Virus record (IMG/VR): IMGVR_UViG_3300020498_000003 | Source of the DNA: a virus | Taxonomy: Duplodnaviria > Heunggongvirae > Uroviricota > Caudoviricetes | Reading direction: 5' to 3' (one strand) | Length of the DNA stretch: 64,000 nt | In this document: positions 53,754 to 63,309 of the stretch, piece after piece | Layout: the number at the start of each line of letters is the position of its first letter | Numbering within the stretch: position 1 is the first letter of the stretch | The notes under the pieces: generated by a model | Told to the model about the DNA's origin: nothing | The model's database searches: none | What the model saw: the letters and a program-made list of their open reading frames with translations, nothing else | Position numbers and translations under genes: made by a program

Positions 53754-56700
53754 TTAGATTGGTAGTTCTCTAATCTGAATTACATCACCAGTTCTTGGTG
53801 CATCACCAGCACCGAACACAACATTAGTTCCAGAAACTGTATAATTTAGATCGGGCACTTGGCAAACACCATTAATGAATACTAAAATACTTCTCGAAGT
53901 ATGTCCAGTGGTGATAGTAAATGTCTGGGTGGTTCCATCTCCATTATATTGTCTTAGTAGATACTTGGATGCGCTAATGCCACCTTTACCATCTACTACA
54001 AGATCTCCGCTGATGTGAGCATTTCCATTTACATCTAATCTATAAGTAGAGTTTGCAGTTGTACCTAGTGCCATATTGGTATTAGCACCAAAAGTAGCAA
54101 TATCAATAAATCCTGTATTTGTTAAACCAAACTTAGTCCAGGTTCCACTATAATACATCCATCCAAGATTCTTACCAGGAGTCCAAGATGTATTGTAAAC
54201 AATGTCTCCATCAGTTGGAGTAGTATAGGTTGCAATTCCAGAAAGATTTGGTTGCCCTAATCCATTATCTGGTGCCATCAGAGTAGATTTTAGAATCGTA
54301 CCATCTGGGTTGGTGTAAGTTAATTTCTTAACTTGCAAATCACTATCTGAAGTAAGTTTGCCCTGGAATGTTACAGGACCTGCAAATAATGATTGCAACT
54401 GGTTAGATGCACCACCAAGGACTGTGAGTTTATCGGTAAGAACAAGTTCAGAGAATGTCTGAATTGTAGTGTTCTCTTCACCAATAACATTCAACTGAGC
54501 AATATCATTCTGAGTAATCTGACCCGTAACTGGGTTGATGATCTGGTTTCCGATGAATAGATCACCGTTGGAGTTTAGACCAGAATAGAATGAAACACCT
54601 GCTGCTTCTTTTAGTGACTGAGATAGACGAATTTGCTCAAAGGTTAGAACTTCAACTTGTGCTTGTGGGAATGCAGTTGAGTAGTTACCAGGACCGAAAC
54701 CAGTGTACTCAAAAGTATGGTTTCCAGAACGCTGAATAGAGTGTCTTCTAAGTTCAATTGGAATTGAAACTGTATTGCCCTCAAGATCAACTCTTAAAGG
54801 AATCTTACGAGTTTCAGAATCTCCAAGTCTAGAAGTTAGAGTAAAGTTACCTAGAGTACCTGCACTTGGGTTCCAAGATAAGTTATTTTGAGATTCTGCA
54901 AGGAAGAATTGTGATGCTTCTTTAGTAATACTTCTCTTAGAATCTAAGTTTGGAGTTGGAGTAGCACCATCAGTAGAGTATACCAATCCAATAGTAACAT
55001 TATCAGCAATAGAAACTGCAGCCGATGGATCAGAATTTGGATTATCTCTGTCAAATGCAGGATATACTTCGTTTACATTCTGCGAGAATCTAAAGTCATC
55101 AAAGTTTGATGTAGTTGGAGAAATAGATGCACACAAGAAACTTAGATAGTAGATACCATCTGCAACTCCTCTATCAAACTTTTGATGCTCCTCAATTTCA
55201 TAGATGTAGTAAACTTTATTGTATTGAGGGGAACTAGTTTCACTTGATCTTGGTTGTATAACATAACCAGTGATAGGTGCTCTAGGAATTGGGAATGAAT
55301 CTTTGTTTAAGACATAGCGCAATCTATAAATTCTATCCTTAAGAACACGAGCATCAGGTACTCTCTTAATAAAGGTAGTTGGTGTAAATGTAATTGTATT
55401 ATATTGAGTGTTACTGATTAGAGTAGTGTAGATTTCATTGTTTGTAGAAGAAACCTGTAAGTACCAACCACCGACAACTTGCTGGCCACCAATCGTATAA
55501 GTATTTGCATCAAATTTAAGTGGACTACCAGCAGTATTAACAGTAGAAGTAGAAACTGATGGTCCAAATGGAGTTATGGATGCCGACTTAATGGTTGCAA
55601 CAGTTGCACCAGAACTTATAAGTAAGCAATAAATCTTATCTGCTACCGCACCAACACCAGATCCATCCTGGCGAGCACCAATGCTATAACCTTGAATCTT
55701 TGCTGGAGGAGGTGAAGTTAGAGTAGTATATCCAAATAGATATAGTCTCTGGTTATTTGCTGCTGCTCTAGTTCTCTGAATATCAACATTCACCCAGTTT
55801 ACAGAAATTTCATTAACATCTGATAGTGACTTAGGTGGAATGATGTGTGTAAGTTCACCAAACTTATCTTTGGTAAATGCTTCTGTCTTAAATCCTTTAC
55901 ATCTTAAAGCAGTGTTACCGAAGTTGGAGTTGGAGTTAGTGATGGACATGTCAGCACCACTATCAGCAAAGAAGTGATCGCCATATCCCACCGCGAACAC
56001 CGAAACGACCTGAATGAATGCGTCGTTTGATGCCTTAACATGGCAATGTCTCCACCCCTTCTTGTATCTGGCAGTACCATCTAGGTGAGCACCTTGACCA
56101 GCTTCATCATAAGCACCAGTAGAAGTATTATAGCGTACAAATGCACGGTCATCTTTCTGTAGAGATAGACCAGTGAACTGTGCCACAACCATGGACTTAA
56201 ATCCAGTTACCTTGCTACCATCTGCGTGCATACCATTCATACCCCACACAGAGCGTAGAGATAGGTTGAAGATGTATGGAGATGCAGAGTCTACTGTGTC
56301 AATCTCAACCTTAACTAGAATGTTCGTACCAATAGCATTTCCAGTTGGTTCATCTGCCATCTGGTATGTAAATACATTACCCTGTGCAGATGTTACAACA
56401 AAAGAACCATTGTATAATGATGCATCGAGTTCAGACTGAGTACCAGTAGAACCAGTTACACCAGAAATATTAATAGAAACACCAACAGAGAAACCGTGAT
56501 TGATTGGATTTCCTAGTTCATCAACAGTGAATGCAGTAGCAGTCTGACCATTTCTTGTGATTTGTAAAACTTGGAATTCGTCAGAGATAGGACCAACGAT
56601 TCTATTCTCTTCAATTCTTGGTTGAATCTGGTCTTGTCCTGGAAGTCCAGTAGTATCAGGAATTGCAGTGAAACCTCTAGAGATTTTCTGATAGTAGATC

Positions 56701-57443
56701 TCTAGGTCAGTTCTTGATTGAATATCAGGTACAGGTGAAGAACTGATATCAAAGTTTGGTTTTACTAATCCTTCTTGAATTAGGAATGAAAGTGGATTCT
56801 TACCATCAGCAAACTCAAATGATGTTAGTTTGTGGTGAGAATATGTTGGTTGAATAGTTGTAGCATCATTCTCCTTATAATATACTCCCGTTTGATCACC
56901 ATCAAAGAACGAAAACTGCCAGAAGTAGCAACCACCAGTTGCTCTAAAGATTGCAGTTTTAGATGGTTCGTTAGCAGGAGTAATTCCTAAAGCTGATCTA
57001 ATTGTTGGATATGGAACATACTTAGGAATAATTTTAGTTCTTCTAAGGTCAGATCCAATAATAGAACAACCTCTAGGAATAATAACTCCACCTTCTACAG
57101 AGTTAAACTTATAAAGTACATTGTTAGGTGATGTCAAATCAAAGTTTGAGTTTGCATCAAGAGGTGGAATTTCTGTATAAAGAATTTCTCCAGGTCTGTT
57201 ATCAATAATATATTCGGATGGGTATAGATAAATGCTAAATGCGTCGAACTCGTCGTTAGATAAACCTACACGATATGAGAATCTTGCTACCTCTAGAAGT
57301 GCCCTTTGCAGTGACTTAAATGGTCTAAGTGCCGAGTTACCTCTATTGTCAATAGCATCAGAAGCATCAAAGTCATCTGGGTTGACATAGATAATGCGAC
57401 CTGTTCTAGAGGTAATAATATTCTTGAGTCTTGTTAATGACAT
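53754..57443 (-). CDS. large tail fibre/structural protein (1229 aa) with a C-terminal segment resembling the phage T7 gp17 N-terminal (tail-attachment) domain
   Basis: C-terminal YLLRQYNGDGTTQTFTITTGHTSRSILVFINGVCQVPDLNYTVSGTNVVFGAGDAPRTGDVIQIREL aligns by eye with the T7 gp17 N-terminus (YQLDGSNRDFNIPF...FVVVTLIGV...DYRF...GYTTIELRRV). ATAAATA late motif upstream. Confidence 0.6.
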   Translation of the reverse strand: MSLTRLKNIITSRTGRIIYVNPDDFDASDAIDNRGNSALRPFKSLQRALLEVARFSYRVGLSNDEFDAFSIYLYPSEYIIDNRPGEILYTEIPPLDANSNFDLTSPNNVLYKFNSVEGGVIIPRGCSIIGSDLRRTKIIPKYVPYPTIRSALGITPANEPSKTAIFRATGGCYFWQFSFFDGDQTGVYYKENDATTIQPTYSHHKLTSFEFADGKNPLSFLIQEGLVKPNFDISSSPVPDIQSRTDLEIYYQKISRGFTAIPDTTGLPGQDQIQPRIEENRIVGPISDEFQVLQITRNGQTATAFTVDELGNPINHGFSVGVSINISGVTGSTGTQSELDASLYNGSFVVTSAQGNVFTYQMADEPTGNAIGTNILVKVEIDTVDSASPYIFNLSLRSVWGMNGMHADGSKVTGFKSMVVAQFTGLSLQKDDRAFVRYNTSTGAYDEAGQGAHLDGTARYKKGWRHCHVKASNDAFIQVVSVFAVGYGDHFFADSGADMSITNSNSNFGNTALRCKGFKTEAFTKDKFGELTHIIPPKSLSDVNEISVNWVNVDIQRTRAAANNQRLYLFGYTTLTSPPPAKIQGYSIGARQDGSGVGAVADKIYCLLISSGATVATIKSASITPFGPSVSTSTVNTAGSPLKFDANTYTIGGQQVVGGWYLQVSSTNNEIYTTLISNTQYNTITFTPTTFIKRVPDARVLKDRIYRLRYVLNKDSFPIPRAPITGYVIQPRSSETSSPQYNKVYYIYEIEEHQKFDRGVADGIYYLSFLCASISPTTSNFDDFRFSQNVNEVYPAFDRDNPNSDPSAAVSIADNVTIGLVYSTDGATPTPNLDSKRSITKEASQFFLAESQNNLSWNPSAGTLGNFTLTSRLGDSETRKIPLRVDLEGNTVSIPIELRRHSIQRSGNHTFEYTGFGPGNYSTAFPQAQVEVLTFEQIRLSQSLKEAAGVSFYSGLNSNGDLFIGNQIINPVTGQITQNDIAQLNVIGEENTTIQTFSELVLTDKLTVLGGASNQLQSLFAGPVTFQGKLTSDSDLQVKKLTYTNPDGTILKSTLMAPDNGLGQPNLSGIATYTTPTDGDIVYNTSWTPGKNLGWMYYSGTWTKFGLTNTGFIDIATFGANTNMALGTTANSTYRLDVNGNAHISGDLVVDGKGGISASKYLLRQYNGDGTTQTFTITTGHTSRSILVFINGVCQVPDLNYTVSGTNVVFGAGDAPRTGDVIQIRELPI

Positions 57444-57469
57444 CTATCTACCCTATTTTGTATTATTTA

Positions 57470-59299
57470 TTATGAACCAGGTTGTCTTTGATAATAAACT
57501 ACCACATAATCTGAAGTACTATCCTCAAATCCATTAGCAGAATAACTTAAATCAGCAGCACTTGAATATACCATGAGACTTTGACCTGGACCCACTACAA
57601 CCCCAGTGTTCTTGTCAATAGAATTTGCAGCAATTGTTTTATCATAAACAATATAATCTTCAACACTAATAGTACTAACTGAAGAGACAGTTGCTAATGT
57701 CCTATCTGTACCAGGAACTCTAGGTGAATCATAAAAAGTATCAGTAGCAACAAATGATTGTGAATTTGCACCCAGACTAATTTTTAATGCTGTTCCAGTT
57801 TTACCTTGAACATATCCATATGCACCAGCACTTACTGAAGTAATGGTATAAGTTACATTATTTACAGTAAATGAATCATTACTTGCAAGTGTTCCTTGAA
57901 GATCATATAGATATACATTTGTGTAATTTGGACTTAAATCAATTTGCAAGAATCCATTATTTGTCATCTGTGCATGTACTGCACAATATAAAAATATACT
58001 TGAATTTGATCCAATATTAGAAGTACTTAGATCAATTTCACTGTATGCTCCAGAAGTTCCTGCTGTTCCAACTTTAGTAACACCAGTAGTAAACTCAACT
58101 CCACCACCATGAGTACCATCTGGAGTTATGCTAAATCTTAGTGGATGACCAGTATTAGATGAATCACTTTGAGTAAATCTAACAATTCGATTAGCATCTA
58201 CTGGAATTGATGCTGGAAACTCATAGGATCCAGATCCTAAATCATATACAAATTTATTTCCTGGTTGGAATGGAGAACCACCACCAGATCCAATAGAAAC
58301 ATTAAGATTTACAGTAGCACCAGAACCATTATCAACTTGTTCGGTTAGTTGGAAAAAATTAAATAATGGATTACCTACTAAACTGTAGATAGTAACAGTA
58401 GCACCATTAGCATGAGCTGCAGCAGAACTTCCAAGCTGTCCTCTTCCTACAGTAATATCATTACCATTAATGCCCTGAACAACCATAAATTCATTTCCAA
58501 TTGAGAGATAATTCCCAACAGTAATTGAAGCTGCGCTAGCAACGGTTAAAATTAAATCTATTGACTCAAATTGAGCACCTTCTGCAACTGTAGTTGTATT
58601 GCCAGTGCTTCTAAAAACAGTAGATGGAGTTCCTGCACTTATGCTGACTGCAGTAGTTCCAAATTGTGCTCTAGTTAAAGTAATTTGATACCCAGTAATG
58701 GCAGAAATTCTCATAATTTCTCCACCAGAAGCAATATAATCATTTGCCAAAATACCAGTATTATTATTAATCCTTGCACTGGTGGCAGAAGAAGATATTG
58801 CAGGAATGTTCAAGAAGAAATTAACTGGATTTACTCTATAAATTGTAGCTTGTAGTCCAGTTACAGATCCAGTAATAGTATCACCCACATCAAAAGTACC
58901 AACTTGTGTAGTGTCATTAATATTAATCTGACCAATACTTTCAACTTTTGTTGGGTATGTAATTGTGGATGTTGGTTTTAAGATATCATGATACTTAAAT
59001 CTAGCCTTGTTTGTTCCAACTACTATTTCATCTCCTGGATCAACCTGATCCACTGAAATACCAGGAGAAATTACAATATTATAGTCAGAAATCACATTGC
59101 CCTTAACAAAGGAATAACTTGCAGAATCCAATGTTAAAATTTGATCATAATCTCTAATAGCTGCTCTATATGTTGCAGAAGAAGCACTTTGATTGCAAAC
59201 ATTTAAGACTACGCTCGCAGCTTTATCAATAGGGCATCTATAAAGTGTAGTATTTGTAGTTGCAGCTGGTTTTGCTGCTGCTAATCTTCCTGCTGTCAT
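57470..59299 (-). CDS. virion structural/fibre protein (609 aa)
   Basis: G/S/T/N-rich, beta-rich composition. 2-nt gap to the next gene. Confidence 0.6.
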   Translation of the reverse strand: MTAGRLAAAKPAATTNTTLYRCPIDKAASVVLNVCNQSASSATYRAAIRDYDQILTLDSASYSFVKGNVISDYNIVISPGISVDQVDPGDEIVVGTNKARFKYHDILKPTSTITYPTKVESIGQININDTTQVGTFDVGDTITGSVTGLQATIYRVNPVNFFLNIPAISSSATSARINNNTGILANDYIASGGEIMRISAITGYQITLTRAQFGTTAVSISAGTPSTVFRSTGNTTTVAEGAQFESIDLILTVASAASITVGNYLSIGNEFMVVQGINGNDITVGRGQLGSSAAAHANGATVTIYSLVGNPLFNFFQLTEQVDNGSGATVNLNVSIGSGGGSPFQPGNKFVYDLGSGSYEFPASIPVDANRIVRFTQSDSSNTGHPLRFSITPDGTHGGGVEFTTGVTKVGTAGTSGAYSEIDLSTSNIGSNSSIFLYCAVHAQMTNNGFLQIDLSPNYTNVYLYDLQGTLASNDSFTVNNVTYTITSVSAGAYGYVQGKTGTALKISLGANSQSFVATDTFYDSPRVPGTDRTLATVSSVSTISVEDYIVYDKTIAANSIDKNTGVVVGPGQSLMVYSSAADLSYSANGFEDSTSDYVVVYYQRQPGS

Positions 59300-59302
59300 T
59301 TT

Positions 59303-60667
59303 TTACCAACCTGCTAAAAAGTGTGTTCTTAATCTTAATCTTCCCCCAAAGGAGTCTGCCGAAATTGCTCCACTAAATGCAATTCCTTCTAAAGTTGTAG
59401 TATTGCTTGAAGCTAATAGAGTAGCGTCTTCATTTGGAAATGTTATTGTTCTAGTAGAAGTAATATTAGATAAGTTAAATCTAACTCTACGATCACCATC
59501 AACAATATCAACAAACTCTGGTTTGTCATAAGACTTATTTCTTAGAGTTTGTGTTGCTCTTTCGGTAACTAATATACTAGTTGTTCCTGCATTATTTAGC
59601 GTTGTAGGAAAACCAAAAGAGTTATTTGTGTTAGTAACAATATTACTTAACTCAAAGTTTATTTTCTTAGTTTGATCTGAAGTATCTGCAAATATTGGAG
59701 AGAGATAAGTCTTGTTACTTACAGTTTGAGTAGAAGCATCACCAAGAAGTCTAACATTAACATCAGGTAATGTAATGGTTCTTGTTTGGGTTAATTGTGA
59801 TGCATCAACCAATGCCTTAAACTGTGTTGTAGCGTTTGCAGCAATACTTGGTTGTACCAAAGTCTTATTTGATGTAGTCTGCTCCGAAATATCATCAAGT
59901 AATGCTGATTGAGTAATTCCTGGACCTGGATCTGGTAAGAAATATGTTTTAGTACCAGATGGAGTTGTAATCCAGTCAATACCAAATTTTGCTTCTTTAT
60001 TGCCATCAAGAACAAAAAAGTCATCCTCGTCTACACGAATAACTTTGTTTGTTAATGTTTGACTTGTACTATCTCCAACAAGAGTTGTACTATTACCAAT
60101 ATTAACTGTTGGTAAAGCAAAGATCTTTAGTCCAGTACCAATGCCACTTGCCTCAAATCGTGCTCTTCTAGAAGAACTTGTATCATCAACAATCTCAAAC
60201 TGAGTATCTTGTAATCTAAAGAGAGATCCAGACTGAACTCCTACTGTTCCAGATCCTTTTGGTTGGAAAACAATATTAGCATTCTGCTCTGTAGCAAGTG
60301 CTTGAATCTTATTGGTTACAAAAGTTGCAGATTCTGTAATTTTACTTAGGTAAAATGCAGATGTACCAAAAGTAATTCCAATCTCATCATAATTATTTTG
60401 ATATAATCCAGTTGCTCTATTGAGGTCAAATGCTAGTCCTGGAGCAGTAATAGATCCTCCAGCAACACCCCTAAACAACTGATTGATTTTTGCCTTTCTA
60501 TTTGGAATCAGAGGATCAGCAATAACAACAGGAAGAATTGCTTCTCCTGTTAAAATCTCATCCGTAAGATTATCTAATTGTGATATTTTTCTGGTTGTTG
60601 CCACAAGTCTCTCTTCGGAGTTATCTTCAGATTTATTTATACAAGAAAAAGGACTAGGGTATTTCAC
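59303..60667 (-). CDS. tail fibre protein with four TQTL(T/S/R)NK-type repeats
   Basis: Repeats TQTLTNKVI / TQTVSNKTY / TQTLRNKSY / SNKTLVQP, each followed by PxF(A/V)D. Confidence 0.6.
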   Translation of the reverse strand: MKYPSPFSCINKSEDNSEERLVATTRKISQLDNLTDEILTGEAILPVVIADPLIPNRKAKINQLFRGVAGGSITAPGLAFDLNRATGLYQNNYDEIGITFGTSAFYLSKITESATFVTNKIQALATEQNANIVFQPKGSGTVGVQSGSLFRLQDTQFEIVDDTSSSRRARFEASGIGTGLKIFALPTVNIGNSTTLVGDSTSQTLTNKVIRVDEDDFFVLDGNKEAKFGIDWITTPSGTKTYFLPDPGPGITQSALLDDISEQTTSNKTLVQPSIAANATTQFKALVDASQLTQTRTITLPDVNVRLLGDASTQTVSNKTYLSPIFADTSDQTKKINFELSNIVTNTNNSFGFPTTLNNAGTTSILVTERATQTLRNKSYDKPEFVDIVDGDRRVRFNLSNITSTRTITFPNEDATLLASSNTTTLEGIAFSGAISADSFGGRLRLRTHFLAGW

Positions 60668-60709
60668 CTAGTCCCTTCACTTCCTTCACACGGACAACTT
60701 ATTATACCA

Positions 60710-60931
60710 CTAAAATGGTGGTCCGTCAAATCCTTCAATTGAATGTATCTTCTTCTTTAAGTCTTTTACTAAAGTACGAACTATCTGAGACTGCTCTTCA
60801 TAGAATGGATCCCCAGTACTCAAATAAAATTCTTGTAATTTATCTACATACTTTAATAATTGGTATATGTGAGGATTCCAGGGATCTCTACTTGGAGCAA
60901 AGAATGTTCTTCGCTCTGTCTCTGGTGGCAT
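60710..60931 (-). CDS. hypothetical protein (73 aa)
   Basis: ATAAATA late motif upstream. Confidence 0.4.
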   Translation of the reverse strand: MPPETERRTFFAPSRDPWNPHIYQLLKYVDKLQEFYLSTGDPFYEEQSQIVRTLVKDLKKKIHSIEGFDGPPF

Positions 60932-60965
60932 GTATACCTACTGCATACCTTAGTATTTATCAAAA

Positions 60966-61919
60966 TTATTCCAACATCTTACCAACTCTATCAATATATC
61001 CTTGACGAATTAGTTCTCCATAGGATTGATTTTCGTCAGTTCGATTTCTACAAGAACCGACTCCACAGAAACCGCAATTTCGACCAGTGATCAGATAATT
61101 TTTAACTACATTTTTGTATGTAGAGGCAATATTCTCTCTCAAAACTTCAGAAATGTCAATACCATTAGCAGATATCAATGCCAATGAGTTTAGTACATAA
61201 TCCATAATATGGGAATGTCTCATCCCATTGATTTCACAAAAATCCATGTAATCTTTTGGATTCTCATTCCCTAAACTGTATAGAATTGAATACACTGTAC
61301 CAATCTTGTGTGATAACTCTTCAGAATAGAAGAGATCACCAACATCAGTGACTAATCCATTGATTGAAATATCAGAGATTGCATTCTTATCCCAAGGAAC
61401 ATTCCAATTTGTCTGAACAAGATAATCAATTAGTTCTCTGAGTTTCTGTGGATTTGGATTCTCTTTGTAGAATCTCCTTCCACAATGATATTGCACTTTT
61501 AGATAAAACTGCTGTGCTTCTTCATCAATAACTTCATATCCAAGAACATCAATTGAGGTTTTCTCGAAACTTGGTTCATCATAAAGATTCTCAAGGATAT
61601 TCAGTTCCTTATATCCACATGCACCAATCCAATCTGTGAAGTGAGTTTGGTATCTTTCCTGAAATACTCCAGTCTTACCCTCAAAGCATTTCTTAGAAAC
61701 TAAATTCCCAAGATAGAAAATACAACTCGGTTTAATTAGAGTATATTCATTGCTCATCTTATCTTCTGGAATATGATGAGAAAGATAGGGAACTCCTACA
61801 CCTTTATAGTAGAAGTCTTTTCCTTTAGCAACTCTTCCATCAACATACTCAATAGAATCATTGAGTGGTATTGATTTTACAACTTCACCATATTTGTCAT
61901 ATACTAGAATATCAGTCAT
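60966..61919 (-). CDS. hypothetical protein (317 aa; C-terminal CGFCGVGSC Cys cluster)
   Basis: First gene after the tRNA-Asn/Thr pair. No confident family. Confidence 0.5.
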   Translation of the reverse strand: MTDILVYDKYGEVVKSIPLNDSIEYVDGRVAKGKDFYYKGVGVPYLSHHIPEDKMSNEYTLIKPSCIFYLGNLVSKKCFEGKTGVFQERYQTHFTDWIGACGYKELNILENLYDEPSFEKTSIDVLGYEVIDEEAQQFYLKVQYHCGRRFYKENPNPQKLRELIDYLVQTNWNVPWDKNAISDISINGLVTDVGDLFYSEELSHKIGTVYSILYSLGNENPKDYMDFCEINGMRHSHIMDYVLNSLALISANGIDISEVLRENIASTYKNVVKNYLITGRNCGFCGVGSCRNRTDENQSYGELIRQGYIDRVGKMLE

Positions 61920-61960
61920 GGGGCGGAATCAATAATATGTCTGAGCGTTTTTGATCTTAA

Positions 61961-62032
61961 CTGGGGTGGCAGGGCTCGAACCTGCGACCAATCGATTAAC
62001 AGTCGATAGCTCTACCGCTGAGCTACACCCCA
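61961..62032 (-). tRNA. tRNA-Asn (anticodon GUU)
   Basis: Cloverleaf TGGGGTG-TAGCTCAGCGGTAGAGC-ATCGA CTGTTAA TCGAT-GCAGG TTCGAGC CCTGC-CACCCCA. 7-bp acceptor stem. Confidence 0.75.
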
Positions 62033-62051
62033 ATGTGGAGGTTAATCTCCA

Positions 62052-62125
62052 AGCCCCCCATCGGACTTGAACCGATGACCTACGGTTTACAAAACCGTTG
62101 CTCTATCCAGCTGAGCTAGAGAGGC
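62052..62125 (-). tRNA. tRNA-Thr (anticodon UGU)
   Basis: GCCTCTC-TAGCTCAGCTGGATAGAGC-ACGGT TTTGTAA ACCGT-ATCGG TTCAAGT CCGAT-GGGGGGC. Two G-U pairs in the acceptor stem. Confidence 0.65.
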
Positions 62126-62126
62126 A

Positions 62127-62399
62127 TTAATCGAAATCTGGAGGCATACACTCTGGATTCTCCAGTTCCACATCGAAGAGGCATGGATGTACCTCTTCGT
62201 CTATCAGATAGAAGGAAGTCTTATACAAATCTTCTGGTTCCCATCTGAGTTGTTGATCAGCAAGTTTGATCAATTCTATATCATATATAGCATCTTTGTC
62301 AAGCTCATCAAAAGTAAAAGGAGTTGAATTAATGAAGTACATTCGTACAATCATTTCACCCCTGTTATACCAACAATATGCTTGAGTGATTTTGTACAT
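62127..62399 (-). CDS. hypothetical protein (90 aa)
   Basis: Minus ORF between tRNA-Thr and speD. Confidence 0.45.
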   Translation of the reverse strand: MYKITQAYCWYNRGEMIVRMYFINSTPFTFDELDKDAIYDIELIKLADQQLRWEPEDLYKTSFYLIDEEVHPCLFDVELENPECMPPDFD

Positions 62400-62405
62400 T
62401 AGGAC

Positions 62406-62624
62406 CTATCCGATGGATCTTGCAGGATTCATGACTGGAAATACAGGTGGAATCTCACTATGAACAATAACCTCATTCCAGAATGTAGGATGACAAATCA
62501 CACAACAGTCAAGAGGTGCATCATCATTAACATTAACACATATAGTAATATAGTGATCGGATACGAATCGAATGTAACCTTTGATGTGTTTCCATTCGAC
62601 ATAAGAACCGATGCTAAAACTCAT
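62406..62624 (-). CDS. hypothetical Cys-rich protein (track 62406..62678; start probably MSFSIGSYVEW at ~62624)
   Basis: The track start would overlap speD. The internal Met overlaps the speD stop. Confidence 0.4.
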   Translation of the reverse strand: MSFSIGSYVEWKHIKGYIRFVSDHYITICVNVNDDAPLDCCVICHPTFWNEVIVHSEIPPVFPVMNPARSIG

Positions 62625-62964
62625 AACCACCCCTTGGGAAAGATTTAGTTGCGTGTGATTTAGGACTAAATTGTTCAATTACATGCCATACTGCATTTTC
62701 GGGATTACTCAATCCACATGTATAGATGTCGATTGCAGCACATCCTCTCTCTGGCCAGGTATGAATTGAAACATGAGATTCTGCAAGTAAAAGAATGAAA
62801 GTGATGCCTTGGGGATCAAATTTATGAAAAACAGAATTTAAGATCGTAGCACCAGATTTAATTGCTGCTTGGCGTAGTGTTTTATCAATGAAATCTAGAT
62901 CATCAAGTAATTCACTTTTAACGCCATAGACTTCAAGGGTGCAGTGTTTTCCTAAATTTTCCAA
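62614..62964 (-). CDS. speD: S-adenosylmethionine decarboxylase proenzyme (pyruvoyl-dependent, SpeH/SpeD class 1), ~116 aa
   Basis: LLLAESHVSIHTWPERGCAAIDIYTCG matches the AdoMetDC processing/active-site motif (ESHxSIHTWPE). Inferred TTG start at 62964, 9 nt after a GGAGA RBS. The track's ATG start (63111) would read through tRNA-Leu. Confidence 0.8.
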   Translation of the reverse strand: MENLGKHCTLEVYGVKSELLDDLDFIDKTLRQAAIKSGATILNSVFHKFDPQGITFILLLAESHVSIHTWPERGCAAIDIYTCGLSNPENAVWHVIEQFSPKSHATKSFPRGGYEF

Positions 62965-63009
62965 GGCATACAGTCTCCATTCACTTAATTTCCCACTATT
63001 TAGTGGGAA

Positions 63010-63093
63010 TAGGGAGAGGGGGACTTGAACCCCCACGGGCATATGCCCAACAGATTTTAAGTCTGGTGTGTCTACCGATTCCACCACCTCCCC
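63010..63093 (-). tRNA. tRNA-Leu (anticodon UAA), long variable arm
   Basis: GGGGAGG...CAGA CTTAAAA TCTG...GGGCATATGCCC (variable arm)...GGGGG TTCAAGT CCCCC-TCTCCCT-A. Confidence 0.7.
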
Positions 63094-63136
63094 AGGCGAT
63101 GAGACAATCATATCAGGTTAAGGATTGATTGTCAAG

Positions 63137-63210
63137 TGGGAAATCCTGGACTCGAACCAGGCACCTCACGATTATCAGTCGTGCGCTCTAACCAACTGAG
63201 CTAATCTCCC
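63137..63210 (-). tRNA. tRNA-Ile (anticodon GAU)
   Basis: GGGAGAT-TAGCTCAGTTGGTTAGAGC-GCACGA CTGATAA TCGTG-CCTGG TTCGAGT CCAGG-ATTTCCC-A. Confidence 0.75.
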
Positions 63211-63213
63211 ATA

Positions 63214-63286
63214 TGCTGGTTGCGAGGATCGAACTCGCCTGTATCCGATTATGAGTCGGGTGCTTTCACCAGATAGCTAAACCAGC
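63214..63286 (-). tRNA. tRNA-Met (anticodon CAU; could be elongator, initiator or Ile2/lysidine type)
   Basis: GCTGGTT...CCCGA CTCATAA TCGGA...GCGAG TTCGATC CTCGC-AACCAGC-A. Confidence 0.65.
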
Positions 63287-63309
63287 AACCAGACTCAAGG
63301 ATACCACAA

